Below, one piece after another: positions 33,077 through 52,813 of a stretch of 64,000 nucleotides of DNA (positions are counted from its first letter, which is position 1; each line of letters starts with the position of its first letter). Both the position numbers and the translations under genes were made by a program. Origin of the DNA: Blastocystis sp. Blastoise. Lineage: Eukaryota > Protista > Bigyra: Opalinata. Where the stretch lies: NCBI GenBank assembly GCA_039096225.1, contig JBBPEB010000005.1, forward strand, positions 124,001-188,000. The letters run 5' to 3'. The notes below the pieces were generated by a model that was not told where the DNA came from, did not search any database, and saw only the letters and a list, made by a program, of their open reading frames with translations.

Positions 33077-34155
33077 TTTTATATAATGGTAATATATAAT
33101 TCCTTAATTAATTTTTGAATAAAAGTTCTACCTATTACGTCTTAAAGAATTATAACCATTGAATTTTTAATTCAACTATTGAATGGTTTATTTGGAGATT
33201 ATGGACTACACCAAACTTCTAAACCAATCATATGTAGATTCCTTTTTGATGCAGCCTCTTCGAGATCGACAAAGAAAGCCTCATCGTCTGATTAACCAAT
33301 AGAAACCTATTTAAAAAGGAGGGCTAAATAGAATGGTTTCTAGAATTTCGTTTTTTATTGCCAAAAACAATTCTTATCTTCACGGGGATTCCAACAGAAT
33401 GAAGGGTCTCCAAACGATCTTGGTCATATCTTAAGAAAAAAAGATTATTGACCTATATATATATGTACCCATATTTTCTCACATTCTTCAAATTACAAAA
33501 ATCATAAATACAAATGAACGAATCTTTATCATTAACACTGAAAGAAATTCCATTCCCCTCTTTTGTTTTTTTCGAGATCTTCTTCTTTAATGAAATTATT
33601 TTGCTATTCACACTAGACCTGACGTATTGTATTCACATTCAAACTTTGTTAATAAAATTATGACACCGAAGAAGAATGTGATCTGTGATTATTTGAGTTT
33701 TTCTTTTGTTGATAGAAGAGTCATATTTGTTTTTGATCCACCTTGTTGTGAATAGAATATCTTACGTTTCATAGATAATATTTAATAAAGTAATATCATA
33801 ATAATGTGTTATTGACTTGAATTTCATTTCTCAAATGATTCTAGAATTTGTTAGTAGATGATTTAAATAGTGGTAATTCTATACATGATCGCTAATCATA
33901 ATAAATAATAAGGAAATAATTTTCTATTATAAAAAAAAATGTCAATTGCGTGTTTAAATCAACAAGTATTGTTTAATGTACATATTATCTTTAAAGAAAC
34001 AATAGCATCACACATATAGAATCTGAAAAAAGAAAAGACTGAAAGAAATTTTATAAATAAAAAAAAAATACTAGAAGGAAAACAAAACAAATAGTATTAA
34101 ATAGTGTAATATATTAACATGCAAATAATGTAATAAATAGTTATAATAGTACAAT

Positions 34156-37100
34156 TTAATTCCAATAGCTATTAGGATCATCATTTTCTTCTTCATCTTC
34201 TTCCTCTTCTTCATCATCATCATCTTCTTCTTCTTCTTCATCATCATCTTCATCATCGTCATCTTCTTCTTCATCATCGTCGTCATCTTCATCATCATCA
34301 TCATCTTCATCATCATCATCGCTATCATCATCATCATCGTCATCGTCATCATCTTCACTATCTTCAGCTTCACGTCCTTCATGAACAGAAGCCTTCTTAA
34401 CGAAAGATTCAGGATTCTAAAGAAAAAATAATTAGATAGAATATATTGAATAGGCAAATAATATATATAATAATAATAATAATATATAAAAATAATAATT
34501 ATAAATAAAATAATAATTATAAATAAAATAATAATAATAAATAAAATAATAATAATATAAATAAAAATAATAATAATAATATAAAATAATAATAATAAAA
34601 TACCTTTTGATAGACAGCAGCAAGAGTAGCAATATTGCCAATAAGTAAATCAAGAAGAGAAGGTTCTAAATCATCAGAAGCATCAGAAATAAGAGGTCTT
34701 TCAGCACAAACGATATCTCTGGCAGTTTCAGGATCAGCAGATAATAATCTCCAATACATAAAACCTCTATCACGAATATCAGGATTATTACTATATTGAG
34801 TAACACTACTTAAAACTTCTTTTACTAAATCTTGAGATTCAGAAGGATTATATAAGAATAATTTAACAGTAGCAGTTAATAAAGATAATTGAACAACAGC
34901 AGGTTCTTCTTCAAATCCTTCAACGAAAGATTCTAAAAGTTCATCAGAATTATCAATACGATCAGCATATCTATAAAAAAGTATATGTTATATTATATAT
35001 AAATATAATAATAATATAAATAGTAATGATATTAATAATAATAGAATATATAATAATAACACAATATAAATAATATATGAATAGAATAACATACTCACCA
35101 ATAATCCAGATCATAGCAGCCTTAGCTTCAGGTTCATCGAGAGTATCAAGATTTTGACATAAGATACCAATAATAGATTCGTATTTATTAGGATAACGTC
35201 TGAAAATATCACGAATAACAATAATAGCTTCTTGAACGACATAATTAACCTTTTCTTGAATAAGACCTAAAAGAGCCTTAACACATTTTTCAGATGATTT
35301 TTGAAGTCTAATAGCACATTTACCAATACAACGGACAGCTTTTCTAACGATATCAACATCAACTTCTTGAGCATAACCCTTAAATTCAGATAAAACTTGA
35401 TCAATATTTCTATCAGTAGCTAACTTGACCATAATATCCATCTTTTCAATCTTAACGTAAATAGGATCATTATATTTACAGAAGAAAACACGAATTTCAT
35501 TAGATAAAATATCAGATCTCTTTTGAACAATAAGGTTAATGTTACGAAGAGAAACATATTGAATTTCACTATGTTCATTAGAAAGAAGAGTTACAAGCTA
35601 TATAAAGGATTATAGTATTATATTTATATTATATTTATTATATTTATATTATATTTATTATATTTATATTATATTTATTATATTTATTATATTTATTATA
35701 TTTATTATATTTATATTATATTTATTATATTTATATTATATTTATTATATTTATTATATATATACAGGAGGAGCCATCTTACGAACTAAAGAACGAATAG
35801 TATCTTGACGAGTAATGTATTCAAGATAACTAGAATTGAAAAAAAAATTATTATATATATATTAAATAAATAATAAATAAATAAAATAGATCATATATAT
35901 ATATACGCCATAATGACTTTAACAGCACAAAGGACAACAGCAGTATTATTATGTTGTAATCTGGATTGAATTCTTTCAATGATTTGTTCAGCTTCACGAT
36001 CATCTCTTGGTTCATAACGAACTAAACAATCTAATATATAACATTGACCCCATTCAGTACATTCTTGAAGAGCAACAAGTAATTTTTGTAAAACAGAAGT
36101 ATTAATTTGAAGAATTTCAGTAGGAGAATTATCAGAAATTTCACAAAGAGCAGCAATAGCATTAGCAACAACCTATATTATAGACATATAATTAGATTCG
36201 CATTATTATCAATAATTTATAAGAATATAATTTAATGATTATTTTACACAATAAAAAATAATAAATAAAAAAATAATAAATAAAAAAATAATAAATAAAA
36301 AAATAATAAATAAAAAAATAATAAATAAAAAAATAATAAATAAAAAAATAATAAATAAAAAAATAATAAATAAAAAAATAATAAATAAAAAAATAATAAA
36401 TAAAAAAATAATAAATAAAAAAATAATAAATAATACATACAGTTGGGTTATCATCAGAAATCATATCATGAAGAATATCAATAAATCCTTGTTCTTCGAC
36501 CATTTGAGGAGCGATATCATATAATTTACAGACACACATAGCAGCAGTCTTACGGACATAAGGATCCTATATAGAAGAAACATCAAATTAAACATATATT
36601 CAAATTATTATAAACTTTAAAAAATATATATATATGCAATATATATACAGGATCACTTAAACAGGTTCTTAAAGGTTCAGTTAAGTATTCAGCAATTTTA
36701 TCACTATGAATACAACCCATAGTTCTGACAGATAAACCTCTAAGAAGAGCATTTTGATCACTAGCATCCTATAAAGAAATAAATATCCATAGAATAAATC
36801 TTATTATAATATAGAAAACATAAAACTATTCACAACAATAACAAAAGGTATCTTTCAATGAATTCTATAAATACCTTAATAAAAGATTGGACAGCAAGAA
36901 TAGCAAGATCTGGCTTTTCATCAGCATAGTTAATTAAATAAAGATAACAAAGTTTCTTCATTTCAAGATCACCTTGTTGCATACAGTTGACAACATCAAT
37001 GAAAAGTTTAGAGACATCTAAACCAATGGTCATAAGAGCAATAACCTTCTTAAGAGCCTCTTTCTTATCTTGAGGTTTATTGGAATCAAGTAAAGTCTTT

Positions 37101-37162
37101 AATTCACCAACTTCACCCTTCTTACCATCAGCAAATATCTTCTTATCGTTCTTACCAGACAT
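34156..37162 (-). CDS. AP-1/AP-2 beta-adaptin: trunk followed by a poly-Asp/Glu tail, 8 exons
   Basis: [35 protein letters not shown] and [16 protein letters not shown]. All introns GT-AG; stop TAA at 34156-34158. Confidence 0.93.
36255..36432. repeat. 15-bp tandem repeat (aataataaataaaaa) x~12 in a beta-adaptin intron
   Basis: Directly visible. Confidence 0.9.
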
Positions 37163-37820
37163 GACGATTTAATAGATTGAACAAAGATAAAATAATAAAA
37201 AGATGCGATACTCTTTATCATTTGAATGTCTGTAGGAGCTTCAATTTCTTCATATTTTTTCATCGTTATCATAGAGAGGATTGCAGAGACGACAGACGCA
37301 AAACCATTGATTTTTCTTTGGAAATCTCTTCTTAGGTGATTTGACGATAATTCGTGAATAATCTCGTTTTATCCCTTATTTTTGACTCTTTTTCTACTAT
37401 TAATTGTATTTTAGATCTATTTCTATCGTTTTCCATATTATTTCTCTTCTATACATTCAATAGAATTGTTCTCTTGCTTATACATAAGTTTGTCCTCAAT
37501 AAAAAGTCACTATTATATAATTAAGTGTTAATCATTATATGGGTCGTTGTCTTTATATAATGTATTATCATGTCTATGGAATTGCTAGCATGTTTAAAGA
37601 GATCTAGATTTGTTGATTTTATAGGATGTGTCATTGCTAATCATGTTTTCTAGAAAATACGTGTTCTTTTTATTTATGAATAATACCTATTATCTTTAAA
37701 ATCCTTAAACAATCAATTAGCGTAAGTGTAATTATGAAAAAAAAAACACAACAAGACTACAATTTAAAGAAATTTCTAAAATCTACAATATATATAGATA
37801 AATAATAAATAAAATAGTAA

Positions 37821-38802
37821 TTACTCTATTTTGTTCCATGTGTTAATTGTAGTATAACGAGAAAAGAGTACAAATAGCCATCGAAACCACACAAACTGAC
37901 TAGCATGACTCTTCATTGCGTGAATGTTTTCTATGATACAATTATTATAAACCATAAACGCATGTTTAGACATTAAGGACATCATATAATCAAAAACACC
38001 AATATATTTTCTAATGATACTCACACTTTGAAGAGTATATAAAGGAATACCTATCTTCATTAATTGCAAGTATTGAACGCATATTTGAAAACATGAAATA
38101 TGATTGGGATGCCCGGATACACCATAATTATCAAATGTAAAGATCTATATATATAATCATGAATTTTTTGTTAAATACATATTAGACGAATTAAGAGTGA
38201 TTCAAGAATAGATTTCTAATTAAAAATGTGACTAAATACATACGCAATCAATAGAATGTTCATGAATGTAATTGGAAAGAGTCTTAACAGCTTTATTGAT
38301 ATCCCAAACTGCTTTCATACCATCCTAAATTTAATAAATTAAATTATATAATGCATTATACAAGGTTTTACAAGAAAATTATTAAAAAAAAAGAGAATAT
38401 TTGTCATACAAGATAATTTTTATCATCAAGAACTTCTACATTGTCTCCTTTAATTCCGAGAGACATTGCAGCTTTATACAATTCTTGTTTTCTGATCTCT
38501 CCTAAACCATTAAAGTTACCTATAACGTATAAAACAAATAACAGTAATACTGTTTATATAACTTAATAAAATATACCAGTTGTAAAGCATAAAATATGGA
38601 GATTCTTATTGTGTTTCACCAAATAATCAACTGTCGGAACGTAGAACATTGATTCGTCATCAGGATGAGCAATCACAAGAAGAGGTGATTGAATGGAATC
38701 CAAACAATTATGTATATTTTTTTGATTTCTCTTCTTATAATCAGCAAACATGATCACAAGGACAACAATTATTATTATTATAAAAATTATAAGTGCCAAC
38801 AT
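37821..38802 (-). CDS. PIGL: N-acetylglucosaminyl-phosphatidylinositol de-N-acetylase, 4 exons
   Basis: N-terminal TM, VIAHPDDESMF, TFDNYGVSGHPNH and HASQFVWFRWLF. Confidence 0.95.
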
Positions 38803-39080
38803 AGATCACAATGCAAAAAAAAACAAATCTATCAGAAAAAAGTTTCATTTCTATTATAAATATTCTCTCGGATTAGATAAAAAAAGGATAATCTGAAAAT
38901 AAGCTAAAAATTTGGTTTTGGCGGTGTTTATTTTGTTTTTTGAATCACTTATTATTCTAATAGAGTTCAGTTATAGGTTTAAAATGAGCAAGTTTCTTTT
39001 TCTTGGTATTCATTATGAAACATCATTCACAATCTTTTTTTTCCTTTTTAAAGCTTTATTAGTTTTTTTTTTTTAGAAAA

Positions 39081-39869
39081 ATGGTGATGGATACAAGATT
39101 GTATGATTTATTTGATGTAGCTCCTGACGCGACACCACAAGAAATTAAAAAAGCTTTCCACAAGTTAGCATTGAAGTACCATCCTGATAAGAATCCTGGA
39201 GATGAAGAAGCAGCAAAAAAATTTATTAGCTTTAAGAATGCTTACGATATACTTTCTGATCCTAGAAAACGAGATGCTTATGATAAATATGGATTTAATG
39301 TTGCAAATGCCCTTGACGATCCTTATGCCGCTGCTACATCACCTGAAGTATTCATTTTTATATTTTTTAGTAGTGCCTTACAAATCAATTTCATTTTTAT
39401 TTTTTTTTGGCAGTGCCTAACAATTAATTTCCTTTTTTTATAGGCTATGGCTGGTATTCTTCAATCTTTTTCAAATGGCTTTCGATTATTTATTTTCCTT
39501 TTCTTTTTCTTTGTTGCTTTTATGATCATTTATTTCCCAAGTATATATAAATATTTCGTTTATTTATTTTTTTTGAAACGAAAATGGGATATGTTAATAT
39601 ATATAGTTATTTTTTAATATTATTATTGATATTTTGTTTATATATATATATATATATAGTAACATTAGGGTTACAATTGGATGGAACTATTCAATGGTTA
39701 TATACATGTGTGTTTATTCCTATATATCTTTTAGATATACCCGTCATTCTTATCTGTTTCTATTCTATATATACACTCTTTGTATATTTATTTACTTATA
39801 AGAAACGAAAGAATCAAGACTCAGAACTCGACGAAGACTCCGATCCTATTCAAGATATATTATCCTCTT

Positions 39870-39903
<34 letters not shown>

Positions 39904-41761
39904 TAAAAATATATTTCATCATTTCTTTATTTATATTTTTTATTATTTATATATATCATTATTTAAAAAAAATGTAATTTTTATTAATTTTTTATTCTAT
40001 ATATTATAAAGTATTTTTATTCTTATCATATTTTTTAAAATTCTATATATATATATATATATAATATTTTTACTTCATTATAGAATACTATTTCTTCTCT
40101 TATTGTTTACTCTCTATATATAGATTCCAGTCTGTGTCTACCTTATTCTATGTTATAGCTACTATTACTGTATGTCTTTCCTTAGACTTTCATTATTTCA
40201 ATCTCACCTTATCCCTAATTCCTCTTTTTATTGGATATCTACTTGGACTCATGTCTACTATTATTGAGTATATATATATATATATAGAATTATTTTATTA
40301 TACTTTATATACTCTAATTGCTATATTCCAAATCAATATAGTTTTATATAACTTATATATATAATAATTATTGTATATTATAATATATATAATAATTCTA
40401 TTTGTTATATAACTATCATAATTATACTATAGTATACATATTATATTCTATAATAACAATACTGTATTATATATAATAATTATACTATAGTATACATATT
40501 ATATTCTATTATCACTATACTATATCTTCTTCTAGTGCTATCTTTTCCCGTATATCTTGGTCTGATGCTCTCTCTAGTCTTCCCTCCGTTATTGTTATTG
40601 TCACCATTCTTCTCTCCTCTCTTGTCTATGACCAAATCGCCACATTCTCCTATTTCCATGCATTTATACCCATTTGGGTCTTCTTTGCCATCAAATATCT
40701 TCTTACAGTATTCATGATTATATTATTATTATTATTATTATATGTTTATTATTATTATATGTTTATTATTATTGTTATTATTATTATTATTATTTTAGTT
40801 AAATTTATTCCGATTAAGTCATGTTGCTAAACGAAATGGAGATAGTTTCAATGGTGCTAATTTTAAGATGAATGCTGTTGCTAGTCTAATTGTAGATACA
40901 GTTTGCTTTATTATTATTCTTTGTATATTCTTAAAGATCAATGGAAATACTATTTATCTTATTTGGGTCTTTGTACCTTTCATTGTTATTGTATATTCTT
41001 ATTATTTATTCATTTATATATATATATATTATATACATTATTTTCCATTTATATATAGTTCTTCTTCTTTTTTCATTTATCTTTTTTAATCATTTTTTTT
41101 TATAATTAAATATTTAAAAGTCATTTAAATCATTTGAATTATGTTTCATCTTCTTTATTCATATTTCATCTTCTATATTCATGTTTAATCTTCTATATTC
41201 ATGTTTCAGTGTCTCATTATCTCCTATAGGCATTCTGTGTTATGACTCCCTTCTTATGTTCTCTTGGGTTCCTTCTCTCTACTCCTAATATATTAGCTCA
41301 AGCCATGAATATGCAAGGCATATATATACATATTCTATATATATTATTATATTCCATATATATTATTATCATTATATATTATTATCATTATATATTATTA
41401 TTCTATATATTATTATGATTCTATATATTATTATTCTATATATTTCTCTATTTCTATCTATATATATATCTCTATTCTTCTCTTCATCCTCTATATATTC
41501 ATTCATAATTATTACTATCTTCTCTATAGAGAATCCTAATGATGCTCATATCAATATCAATCCTCGTATATAACTATATATATATATATATATATATATG
41601 CTATTCTATATATAGGTGAAGAAATGAACTCATTCCATGCTGAACAAACGAACACTCAAAGTCGTATATATATATATATTCTAATCTATTTCTTTATATA
41701 TATCTCTGTTTATATAGAATCTGTACCTATGGCAGATAATGATATATCTGCAATGGATTAA
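39081..41761 (+). CDS. J-domain protein with multi-pass membrane region (TMEM185-like repeats), about 9 exons
   Basis: KYHPDKN J-domain followed by LQLDGTIQWLYTCVFIPIY-type TM repeats. One GC-AG intron (41318-41529). Confidence 0.85.
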
Positions 41762-42370
41762 AGACCCTATTTATAAAAAATATAAATAATGTTTTTTTTT
41801 ACACAATAATTATTGTTTTCTTTATCATTTCTTCTTCATATCATTCATATACTTCTATTCTATTATATAAATATCTATGTTCTATAATATTCTCATATTT
41901 TATATCATCATCATTATACACTACTCCTCTATTCTTATGAACTCATTTGATTATTACTTTTTTCTAATCTAAAAAATAATTCTTTGTTATATTTATATAT
42001 TATTTTAACTCAAGATTATTTTTTTATCATCGTCAACTCACTAAAAGCATTTCTTTGATAATTAAAATCCAAATATTTCATTTTTTATTCTTTACAAAAT
42101 ATATATTTTTTTAAACATAGAGAAAACGTTTTATATATAATATTCATCTAATAATAAAGAACTCATTCGTATTCAAAATGATTCACCATAATTACAGTTT
42201 AATTAATTTGAATCAATCCACTATTATTCTCCATAATCTTATTGTCATTAGCATTTTACACACATTAAACTCATTTAGAATCTTCATCTGTCTTCTCAAT
42301 TGGATAAAACAATCTCTTTAGAGTTCTTCATTTATCTTCCAATGTGTTTCCTATTAATTGTCTAATTTAC

Positions 42371-42442
42371 GTTCAACCAATAAATCCAGTCTGAAATATA
42401 GTTCAGCCAATCAATATAGGATTATGTTTCATTCAGCCAATA
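42371..42442 (+). promoter_or_regulatory. Three CCAAT boxes with exact 30-bp periodicity upstream of the lipase
   Basis: gttcaaCCAATa (42371), gttcagCCAATc (42401), attcagCCAATa (42431). Confidence 0.6.
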
Positions 42443-42608
42443 ATTGAACTCAACGTATTACGAGTTTTCTCTGCCGCTTTTTATTACTTTTTATAGTTTA
42501 TGTAATGCTAAAAAAATATTATAATTCGATTCATTTCATATACTATAATTCCTTCTTGAGATTTATAGAAATCTACAGATATATTAAACAATACGTTACT
42601 AGTGTCTA

Positions 42609-44232
42609 ATGAGTAATAATTTATCGTTTTTGTTTCGTAATACTTCTTTGACTTGCGAAGAGGTTCAACTATCCTTAAAGGCTATCAAGGCATTCAAAAA
42701 TCGTAATGTATATTATTCATTTAGTGTCTCTTCATTTCTATTTTCGTTATTTAGATAAAGAAATATGCTGAAAAACATATAGATGGTCTCCAATATCTCT
42801 GGGCAAATAATGATTATTCTGGATATGTGTCTATGACAGAAAAATATATTATAGTAGCATTTCGTGGAACTAATTGTATAGAAGATTTATATAATGATCT
42901 TGACTGTTCATTGATTCCATTTTACAATGGATATTGTCACAGAGGTATATAGTTTATTTTCATTTTCATTTTTTAATAATTATAATAATAATAATACATA
43001 TAATAATTATAATAATAAATATACTAAATATAAATATAATAATAATAATATTTTATATATTTAATAATGAATTATATTTCTAGGGTTTTACAATCTTGCG
43101 CATTCTATTAATATAGATTTAGTTCTTTCAATAATAGATACTTATCCTGAGAAGTCAGTTTTATTATGTGGTCATTCAATGGGTGGTGCTGCATCTCTGA
43201 TTCTTTATTATGAATTATGTGAATATTCACATTCTGAGTCTACTAAGGTATTTACTTTAGGTGCTCCTTTCTGTTTAAGTATGGATGTATGTCATACTAA
43301 TGCAAATATGTTTAATATTATGAATATGATCAATGTGAATGACCCTGTTCCTCTTATTACAAACTCAAAAAGACATTCTTATTTCTTAAATTCTCTCTAT
43401 ACTTCCTTCTTAAAGGTATTTCATACTATATGTGAAGATTCTGAATCTACTGAATATCTATTACAATACTTTAATCAATATGATGATATATTCAGAAATA
43501 CATTAAAGAAATCGACTTTATTCTCTCCACAAGGATATTTCTTCTTAGTATTTATTATTATATTATTATTATATTTATATTATTATTATATTTATATTAT
43601 ATTTATATTATTATTATTCTATTTATTATTATAATATTTATATTATAATTTTATTCTTTTGCTTAATATATATTCTCTCATTATTATTATACCTATAATT
43701 ATTATGAAAATATATCATTTCTCACAAACTATATATTTATATATATATAGATCTATGGGAATAGGCAGATAAAATATCTCTCGTCCTTTCAAGTTGTAGA
43801 CTATATATATAAGAATAGTGGTACTATACCTTCTCTCTGGCAACATATTGTATGGTATTATATTCATCAATGTCAAAATATACATCCAAATACACTTGTC
43901 TATTGATTTCTATTAATTCTACAGTAGACCATCTTGAGTCTTTCTATAATCATTATAAAAATATGTATATATTACATAGTTTAAACAAATTATTTCTTGT
44001 ATTATTTAATAAGAGTGTAGAATATTTTATAGTATTAGTATTATTTATCAATTTGTTATTATTCTTTTTAGTTTTATTAATATGTAAATATTTATTTACA
44101 GTCAATATGATCTTGATCTCTAATCGTTTGCTTTCAATACGTTTTTTCTTATTTTCTTTTGGTTTTTATCATCATCTATTCTATTTTCTTTGGCTTTTTT
44201 ATCATCATCTATTCTATTCTTCCTTTTGTTAA
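42609..44232 (+). CDS. Class-3 lipase (3' end uncertain)
   Basis: IIVAFRGT, CHRGFY, LCGHSMGG nucleophile elbow, TLGAP, NVNDPVP, and a candidate catalytic DH near 43930. Confidence 0.8.
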
Positions 44233-44501
44233 GTTATAATTGCTCATTTATTAAACAATGAATGATATTTATTGATTATATATATTATTCAAACAAAAGA
44301 AATATTATTCTATAGCACAATGAAACTTATAATAATAGTAGGAAAACAAAGAGAGAATAGAATTATGTAAATAAAAATAAAATTGTGTAACCAATAGAAA
44401 AATATAATTATATAACAAAAAATAAAAGAAAAAAATAAACATTACAAAAAAAAGTTAAAAACTATGACAAATAAAAATTTATATAAAACAAAAAACATGA
44501 T

Positions 44502-46687
44502 TTATTGAGAAATAAAGGTCTTAATATCAATAAGGATTCGTTGTGCTACTTGATTATAGTTATAAGCATCCTTTTTTAATACAAATCTCTGTAAGATAAT
44601 GAGGATAATTCCAATAATAGGGAAAAGAAGAGATAACCAAAGGACATAAGGAATAAGAGGATAGTATATAAGTAATAGTATAAATAATAATAAACCAAGA
44701 ATTAATAGAGAATATCCAATTATTTGAAATATTGTACTTTTCTTAAAGTTGTAATGAGAAGACTAGATTAATATATATAATAAAATAAAAACAACAATTA
44801 GAAATTTAAGAAAATTCATATATTATTAACCATACAAAAATAAAGCAGAAATAATATATAGTTAGTAAATAAATATATATATACTTTATAGAATCTTCTT
44901 CCTGCTTCGATAAGAACGTCCTCATAGGTCATATATTGAGGATATAGAGAAGGTATATTAGAGGAAGTAGTAGTAGTAGTAGTAGCAGTAGTAGTAGTAG
45001 TAATAAAAGTATTCGATGATATTAATGGACTTTTATTTGATGTATTTTCATGGGAATCAGAGGATTGTACAGAAGATGAAAACTCTGGAATCTCTTCTTT
45101 CGGATTAGATCTATTTGTATATAAATATAAATATCTATATAAATAAATATATATATATGTACTTTGTAGGAATAGTTATAAAATTTGCTTGTATACCTTC
45201 ATGATCGGAGAGAGAAAGGTATGGAACTATATAGTATTATTATTATTATTATAAAGATAATAATAATAATAATAATGATAATATATATATTATTCTATAT
45301 ACATTGTTTAGGTTGGTTGAGTGACGCTGTCCCTTGGTAATGACATATATCGCAAGAGGAGAGTGTCCAGATAGGAGGTTGAGATGAAGAAGGAGTCTAT
45401 AGAAGACAGTATATATATGATGATATGTGTATAGTATAATAAATGTATATAATAAGAATATAATAATATAGTATAAACATATAATAATATAATAAATATA
45501 TAATATAATACATCATAAATAGCGAAAAGATAATCGAGTCTGTCTATATCAGCATCTCCAACAAATATATTATCATTATTACCATACGTACCTTGCTTAT
45601 CATCTATATGGAGTAGTAATAGTAGTAATACATATTATGTTTACTTTAAGCAATATATATATAAATTATAGAGATTTATTTAAGAAATGATCTTATGATA
45701 ATAAATATAATAAAAATTATAAAAATAATAATGAAAAAAAATAAAATTTATAAATATAATAATAAACATAATAATAGTAACACAAAAAAACATAATAAAC
45801 AAAAAAAAACATAATAAACAAAAAAAAAACATAATAAACAAAAAAAAACATAATAAACAAAAAACATAATAAACATAATATATACTAGAATGTAAGGAGT
45901 ACCAGCAGTCTTGTATTCCTTGTACTAATGTAACAAATAATGTATAAAAGAAAGAATCTGGCGTCATATTGAAATCACCTGCTATTAAACATAAAGGACT
46001 TTTTCTTGTAGAGTTAATTAATTTAGAGGCTTCATATAATTGACTTAATCGACAACCATAATATTCATCATGATCTTTATGATATTCAGCAATAGTATGA
46101 GTTATATATACATCTACATTAGAAGTCTCCGTTTTTAATCGTACTAAACCAATTCCTTTATAACCATAAAAATCACCATGCCATATCTTCAAAGGATTTC
46201 CATTAATACTATAAGGAAAAAAGAATGTTTCTAATATAGGATAACGAGAGAGTATCACTAATCCAGTTCCTGAAAAATTTGGTAATAACGGCATTCCAGG
46301 ACCATAAGAGAAATCACAAAATCCAGTATATCCATTTTCTTCACCTACATTTCGAATAGTTTCTCGATCTTTTCCAGACCATACTTCCTGAAAACAAAAT
46401 ACATCGATATCTTTGTCTCTTATAATCTCAGCAAGCATTTGAAACCTTGTGGACACCAATTTTGAAATAATTGGAATACCCCACATATTTTGAGTATATA
46501 TCTTCAAGTGATTTGAGTTCGACACAGGAGTAAGGTCAGATTGAAGTGTCTTTAACAGTCTCTCTTTAGAAACATCTTGATCAAACAATGACGTACCTGC
46601 TTGTTCTTCATCATTCCCTGAAGAACAACAACAAGAGCTCCTCATATGAAGAAACTCAGGGATTTCTATCTTAATTATCTTGTCCAT
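44502..46687 (-). CDS. Neutral sphingomyelinase / ISC1-like EEP phosphodiesterase with C-terminal TM pair
   Basis: TQNMWGI, FCFQEVWS, GTGLVILSRYPI, AGDFNM, RLDYLF and LSDHEG motifs. Confidence 0.9.
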
Positions 46688-47555
46688 AATAAAAATAATT
46701 ATGAAATGATTTTCAAACTCAGAATAGAATTCTAAATACTGTTCTTTTTCAAAAAGAATCATAATATATTTTGGTTGTTTCTTTTTTGAAAAAACGCCGT
46801 TTCTTTTTCAGGATCCATTTAATTTTTGTTATTTGGAGAATATGAGACTCTAATATCAAGATAAAAGGAAACAAAGAATAGTGAAAGAAAAAAATAGCAA
46901 ATAAACTAAATTATAAGAATGGAACACGATATTTTGTTTTTTTTTGTATAATCATCTGAATCAAATAAGTCAAGATAAATTAAGGGATTGAATCTGAATT
47001 GTATACACATGAAATAAAAAAAAATAAATGGAGATAATTAATAAAAAATAATTGTTGAACATCAGAATAGACTACTAGACATACTTATAATTCTTTTTAT
47101 TTATATATTGAAACTTTTTTGTCAATAAATTCAATTGATTATCTCAAATCTCGCTTGAACAAACAATAAAAAACATTATCCTTTTTTACAAATACTATAA
47201 TCATACCTTTCATGAATTGTAGTAGATTATAAAAGTGCAGCTATATTGATTATGATATAAATAATAAAAATTGGCCATAAATGGAATATTTATGAGTATT
47301 CTCTTGATTGTTATCTTATAAGAATTACTCAACAATAATATATAGATTCATAATAGAACTATAAATGGACATATAAGTTAAAATAAACCAAACAAAGCAT
47401 CTTCTTTATAATCTAGATTATATAAGGATTATGACTGAAAACACTCTTTTTTTCATAAAAATCAACAAAGATTTTGTGTATTTTTGTTCATATTTTTAAT
47501 TGAATAATTATCTACAGAATAAGTACTTTCGTTTGTTGATAATAAAAACAAAAGA

Positions 47556-52813
<5,258 letters not shown>

